A stretch of DNA of 64,000 nucleotides, taken from assembly GCA_963835065.1 (NCBI GenBank), contig CAWIEK010000053.1, positions 448,001 to 512,000 of the forward strand, read 5' to 3'. The position numbers and the translations under genes were made by a program. Positions within the stretch are counted from its first letter, which is position 1, and each line of letters opens with the position of its first letter. The notes below the pieces were generated by a model that saw only the letters and a list, made by a program, of their open reading frames with translations, did not search any database and was not told where the DNA came from. The stretch comes from an uncultured Chthonomonadaceae bacterium. Lineage in GTDB: Bacteria; Armatimonadota; Chthonomonadetes; Chthonomonadales; Chthonomonadaceae. This document shows, one piece after another, positions 60,167 through 64,000 of the stretch.

Positions 60167-62323
60167 CTAAAACGACCTTCCAATCCCGAAGTGCCCCCGC
60201 GCGCCTTCCGAGCCGAAGCCCAGGTCGAAGCGGAGGGGGCCGAGGGGGGTTCCGATGCGGATGCCAATGCCTGCGCCGAGGCGGGGCTGAAACGCGCTTT
60301 GCGCGAAGCCGCTCAAGTTGACGTGGCTGTAATCCCCGCCCCATGTGTCGCCCACATCCAGGAACAACACGCCCTTGAACTTCCGCGCAAGCGGTTGCCG
60401 CAGTTCCAGAGTGCCCGCCATCATGTAATTGCCCCAGAAACGATCTTCCCGGTAGCCGCGCAGGGTGTCAATGCCGCCCAAAAAGAACTGTTCCGCAAAC
60501 GGCAATTTCCCCACCCCGCTGCCCGCCATCAGGCGCATTGCCAGCGAGGTTTTGTCTTCGTCCAGTTTGTTCGGATTACGCGCTCCGCTCAGGCTGTAAT
60601 ACTGGCGCAGTTCCAGCGAGGATTTGCCAAAGTTGCCGCTCCCAAACACGCCCGGAATATCCGCGCCGTTGCCCACAGGCCGCAGGTTGGCGTGTCCCAA
60701 CGCCATTGTGAAGGACTGATAGCCGCCGCGTACCGCATCGTCCGGGAAATCGCGCGTATCGTGCAGCAGCAGGCCGCTCATCTGGAAAATCGGCCCGTTT
60801 TGAAGAATTGTAGAACTCAGCCCGCTCAGGTCGGAAAGCGGATCGGTGCGCGTGTCCTCGCCTTTCAGGGTCAGTCCCGCCCGCAGCGTGTCGCTCAAGG
60901 GCCGCAGAAACGCGATGCTGGCTCCCGTTCGTTGCTGATTGAACTGCCCATTTTGCAGCGACGATTGCGAATTGAACAGGCCGTTTTGCAGGCTGGACGA
61001 AAACCGCGTGATGTTCTTGTCATACAGCGACAAGTCCATTTGCGTCCCCTTTTTGTCCACCCAGGGGCGCAGGTAATCGGCTTCCAGCGTATGCTGCTTG
61101 AACGAACTGGTTCCTAATGCTCCCGTCAGGCTCAGGGTTTCGCCCCGCCCCCGGAAGTTATGCTCCACAATGGACGCGGTTCCCACCGGCCCGGAACTCG
61201 CGCTGTAACTCAAACCGCCCAACACCTGCCCGCTCTTCTTTTCCGGCACGTTGTAGACAAGCGCGATTTTGCCCGGTCCCGCGCTGCGCTCTTCCACCGT
61301 CACGTCTTCAAACAGGTCCGTCTTGTACACAGCCACGCGGTCACGCTGAACGGTAGCGCGATTGTAGTAATCGCCCTTTTTCGTTTTCAGTTCGCGCAAA
61401 ACCACTTCGGGGCGCGTTTTGTGGATTTTGGCAACTTTAATGTCGGAAACCCGCGCCACCACAAGCCGCGCTTTCAGGATTCCCTTTGAATCCAGCCCCG
61501 CGTCCGGGTCGGGCGTGACGGCATAGCCGCGCTTGTTGTACAAATCCTGAATGTCGGAGCAGTCGCGGCGGAACTGGAACGGGTTGTACACCATGCCCGG
61601 CTTGACGCGCAGCAGCGGCATAATGTCGGCCTCCTTGACCGGCCCGTTACCCTCTATAGCCACGCCCTTTACGGTATCGTTTTCGTCCACTTCGACAATA
61701 ACTTTGTACCGTTTCGCCGTTTTCGTATCTCCATCGCTTTTATCGGATTTATCTTTTTCGTCTTTGTCCTTGACGCTGTTCGCCATCGCCGCCAGAATCG
61801 GGTTGCGGTCTTCGGCAAGCTCAATGTGAACGCGCACGGCATCTTCGACAGACCCGCTGTGCATCCCGAAGAAGCCTTTCTGGAAGATATTGGCCCGCAT
61901 TTCACTCAGCACCGACTCAATACAGGCATCGCCCGCATTGTGCCCGCTGAACAAAATAATGGCGGTTTGCGACAGGGTTTTGTTGCCGATAACGACAATC
62001 TGCCCGATGCGCGGGGTATCCGGCGGCAAATCGGCTTCGGGTTCCGGCGCAAGCGCGGTAATGGGTTTGAGGATAGAGGAGGGTATGGCGGGAGCGGGTT
62101 TCGCGGCAGTGGTTTTGGCGTCTGTAGAGGGCGCGGGAGTCGTGGTTTGCGCCAGGCAGGAATGCCCGCCCAAAGCCAGCGCGCACAGGGTTGACAGGGA
62201 CAGCGTTGACAGGCGCAGAATAGAAGGCGCAATTACGAGACGTGAGGCGCGGCTGTAGCGATTACGCCGCGCCGTAACCGCCTCGAACGGCGCAGACACA
62301 CAAGCAAGGGAGGTTTTCAGCAT
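60167..62323 (-). CDS. BamA/Omp85-family outer-membrane protein with POTRA domains
   Basis: POTRA repeats, NFRGRG, LGGIDTLRGY, TPLGPLRFD, C-terminal F; start uncertain. Confidence 0.92.
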   Translation of the reverse strand: MLKTSLACVSAPFEAVTARRNRYSRASRLVIAPSILRLSTLSLSTLCALALGGHSCLAQTTTPAPSTDAKTTAAKPAPAIPSSILKPITALAPEPEADLPPDTPRIGQIVVIGNKTLSQTAIILFSGHNAGDACIESVLSEMRANIFQKGFFGMHSGSVEDAVRVHIELAEDRNPILAAMANSVKDKDEKDKSDKSDGDTKTAKRYKVIVEVDENDTVKGVAIEGNGPVKEADIMPLLRVKPGMVYNPFQFRRDCSDIQDLYNKRGYAVTPDPDAGLDSKGILKARLVVARVSDIKVAKIHKTRPEVVLRELKTKKGDYYNRATVQRDRVAVYKTDLFEDVTVEERSAGPGKIALVYNVPEKKSGQVLGGLSYSASSGPVGTASIVEHNFRGRGETLSLTGALGTSSFKQHTLEADYLRPWVDKKGTQMDLSLYDKNITRFSSSLQNGLFNSQSSLQNGQFNQQRTGASIAFLRPLSDTLRAGLTLKGEDTRTDPLSDLSGLSSTILQNGPIFQMSGLLLHDTRDFPDDAVRGGYQSFTMALGHANLRPVGNGADIPGVFGSGNFGKSSLELRQYYSLSGARNPNKLDEDKTSLAMRLMAGSGVGKLPFAEQFFLGGIDTLRGYREDRFWGNYMMAGTLELRQPLARKFKGVLFLDVGDTWGGDYSHVNLSGFAQSAFQPRLGAGIGIRIGTPLGPLRFDLGFGSEGARGHFGIGRSF

Positions 62324-62594
62324 CAACGTGGCTACTCCTTCCCATTTCCACGCCAGGCGGCGCGAAAATTTGCCGAGCAAGCGTCAGGAAAGAGGAATGG
62401 GAAAACAATCTGGCGAACATATTCTGACACATATTCGGTATTGACACCGATTTCTCCTGCTTGTAACGGAATTTCCGCCGAACTTTTTCCAATGAACATC
62501 GAGGAGCCGCATGGCAAGATTTTAATTCCTTGTCTGCCGCCTTTGACGCCGCAAAACCTCTCAAAAATATTCGTAAATCGTCTATACTAAATCA

Positions 62595-64000
62595 ATGCCA
62601 ACTACGGAACCCTCGCCCCGCATGACGCTGTGCCTGGCGGTTGATTTGAAAAAATCAACCGTTGCCGGGCTGCGCCTGTCTACCAAGCGCCTCGACCGCT
62701 TCAATCTCGCCCTGATACGGCAGTTAAGCCCGCACCTGCTTGCCGTCGGATTGGACAGGGCGTTCGTAAAGTTTACGGGGGACGGCTGGCTGGTGATTAC
62801 GGATGATCCCGAAGACGCCGGGGCGCTGTGCTGCCTCGCCATCATTCTCGCCTGCCGCTTTCAGCCCGAAATGGCCGAAGATGCCGGTCTTGATCTGGCA
62901 GATGTGCCGGCCCTGCGCCTGTCCGTCTGCTTTGGGCGCGATCTCGCCGTAGAATTGCCGAACGGACAGCGCGATTTCGTCGGCGACAGCGTCCGCCATG
63001 CCGTCCGCGCCTGCCAATTCTGCCATGACAACGAGGTTCTGGTGGACGATACCGTGTTGCGCTGGGTACACCACGATTTTGTCACCCAACGCCTGCCCCT
63101 CGAAGACCGCCGCGCCGAATTCCCCGACGCCAAACTCGAACACGATATGTCGTTCCACATTGTCGAAGAACTGCGCGCCGAATCCGTTCTGGACAGCGAA
63201 GCGCCGGAGCATTTCGTCAACACGCTGACGGTTATCGGGCGCATGGGGGACGCGAAAGCGCTGGCGGGGCGAGTGGCAACGACGCTGCAAACGGATGCGG
63301 AGGGCACAAACGCCGACCAGCAGGAATTGAACGAGCGCTTTAATCGCCTGCTGTCGAGCCATCTGGATTACGAGACGGTCAACCGCCTGCTGCGCGACAT
63401 GCGCGAAGCCGGACTGCGCCCCGATGTGCGAACGTTCAACAACCTCATCGCCAAGTCCGGCGACCACGATACGCAGTGCCGCTGGCTGCAGCGGATGCGG
63501 CAGGAAGGCGTTCTGCCGGACGTGCAGACGTTCACCATCCTGATAGAGCAGGCCGCAAGCGAGGCGATGGTAACGCGCTGGCTGACCCGGATGCGCAGAG
63601 CAGGCGTCGTGCCGGACACGTATCTGCTGAACGCGCTGATTGACCGCGCCCCTGACTACGAAGGGGTTGCCGCGCGGTTCGCGCAGATGCAGGAATGGGG
63701 CGTGTGTCCCAACGCCACCACGTATGACCTGCTCATCGAAAAATCGCCGGACGTGACAACGGGGCAAAAGTGGATCGAGCGCATGTTTGAAGCCGACATC
63801 GCGCCCGGTGAAGTGTCGTTTCGCTCCCTGTTTTCCAAGAATTTAAGCGGCGTAAATGCCGACGAACTGCTGGCATGGTTTTTGCGTCAGCCGACCCATC
63901 CCGTCAACGCCATCTGGCGCGCGATTGCCGAGTATCGCAAGGCAGGCCGCATAGACGACGCCCTGCGCCTGTGCCTCGACTACCCGTACACGCAGGCCGC
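62595..64000 (+). CDS. Class III nucleotidyl cyclase-like domain fused to PPR-like repeats (3' partial)
   Basis: Translated by hand with no stop to the window end: AVDLKKST, VKFTGDG, LRLSVCFG, RDFVGDSVRHAVR, then repeats such as MREAGLRPDVRTFNNLI and MRQEGVLPDVQTFTILI. Confidence 0.85.
   Translation, partial: MPTTEPSPRMTLCLAVDLKKSTVAGLRLSTKRLDRFNLALIRQLSPHLLAVGLDRAFVKFTGDGWLVITDDPEDAGALCCLAIILACRFQPEMAEDAGLDLADVPALRLSVCFGRDLAVELPNGQRDFVGDSVRHAVRACQFCHDNEVLVDDTVLRWVHHDFVTQRLPLEDRRAEFPDAKLEHDMSFHIVEELRAESVLDSEAPEHFVNTLTVIGRMGDAKALAGRVATTLQTDAEGTNADQQELNERFNRLLSSHLDYETVNRLLRDMREAGLRPDVRTFNNLIAKSGDHDTQCRWLQRMRQEGVLPDVQTFTILIEQAASEAMVTRWLTRMRRAGVVPDTYLLNALIDRAPDYEGVAARFAQMQEWGVCPNATTYDLLIEKSPDVTTGQKWIERMFEADIAPGEVSFRSLFSKNLSGVNADELLAWFLRQPTHPVNAIWRAIAEYRKAGRIDDALRLCLDYPYTQA

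Noticed and set aside
60167..62323. The BamA-family gene as the Rhs secretion partner
   Set aside because: It lies about 37 kb away and looks like a general Omp85 paralogue; nothing in the sequence links them.

Overview
Bacterial chromosomal window from a GC-rich diderm (it encodes a BamA-family gene; the phylum cannot be fixed from this sequence). Bases ~1.3-23.1 kb hold a minus-strand polymorphic-toxin island after purS-purQ. It contains a stand-alone C39 peptidase and one near full-length Rhs gene with a Sec-type signal peptide, a bacteriocin-type double-glycine-like leader (LSVREMRQMVGA), a DUF6531-like domain, YD repeats and a JAB/DUF4329-like C-terminal domain (CT). Downstream lie seven orphan Rhs core fragments. 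Six carry a CT: M91-like metallopeptidase, two paralogues of an unrecognised family, two Pro-rich low-complexity tails, and a Tse2-like ADP-ribosyltransferase. Most genes in immunity positions have signal peptides, and two are themselves proteases. The island also carries an intact ISAzo13-family element and several TIR-bounded miniature elements. The remainder is mixed housekeeping and accessory DNA: an ECF sigma/anti-sigma/degenerate HtrA operon, two PcfJ-like genes, tsaE/tsaB, GH172, pyrF, a PARIS-like ATPase + TOPRIM pair, an M55 aminopeptidase, an ActP-like symporter, toxin-antitoxin pairs, acnA and bamA. At the right edge, absent from the supplied ORF track, is a class III nucleotidyl cyclase fused to 32-aa PPR-like repeats. 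Several single-base frameshifts, including one in acnA, may be sequencing errors. No rRNA, tRNA, CRISPR array or integrase was seen. All family assignments come from motif recognition by eye; no database search was run.
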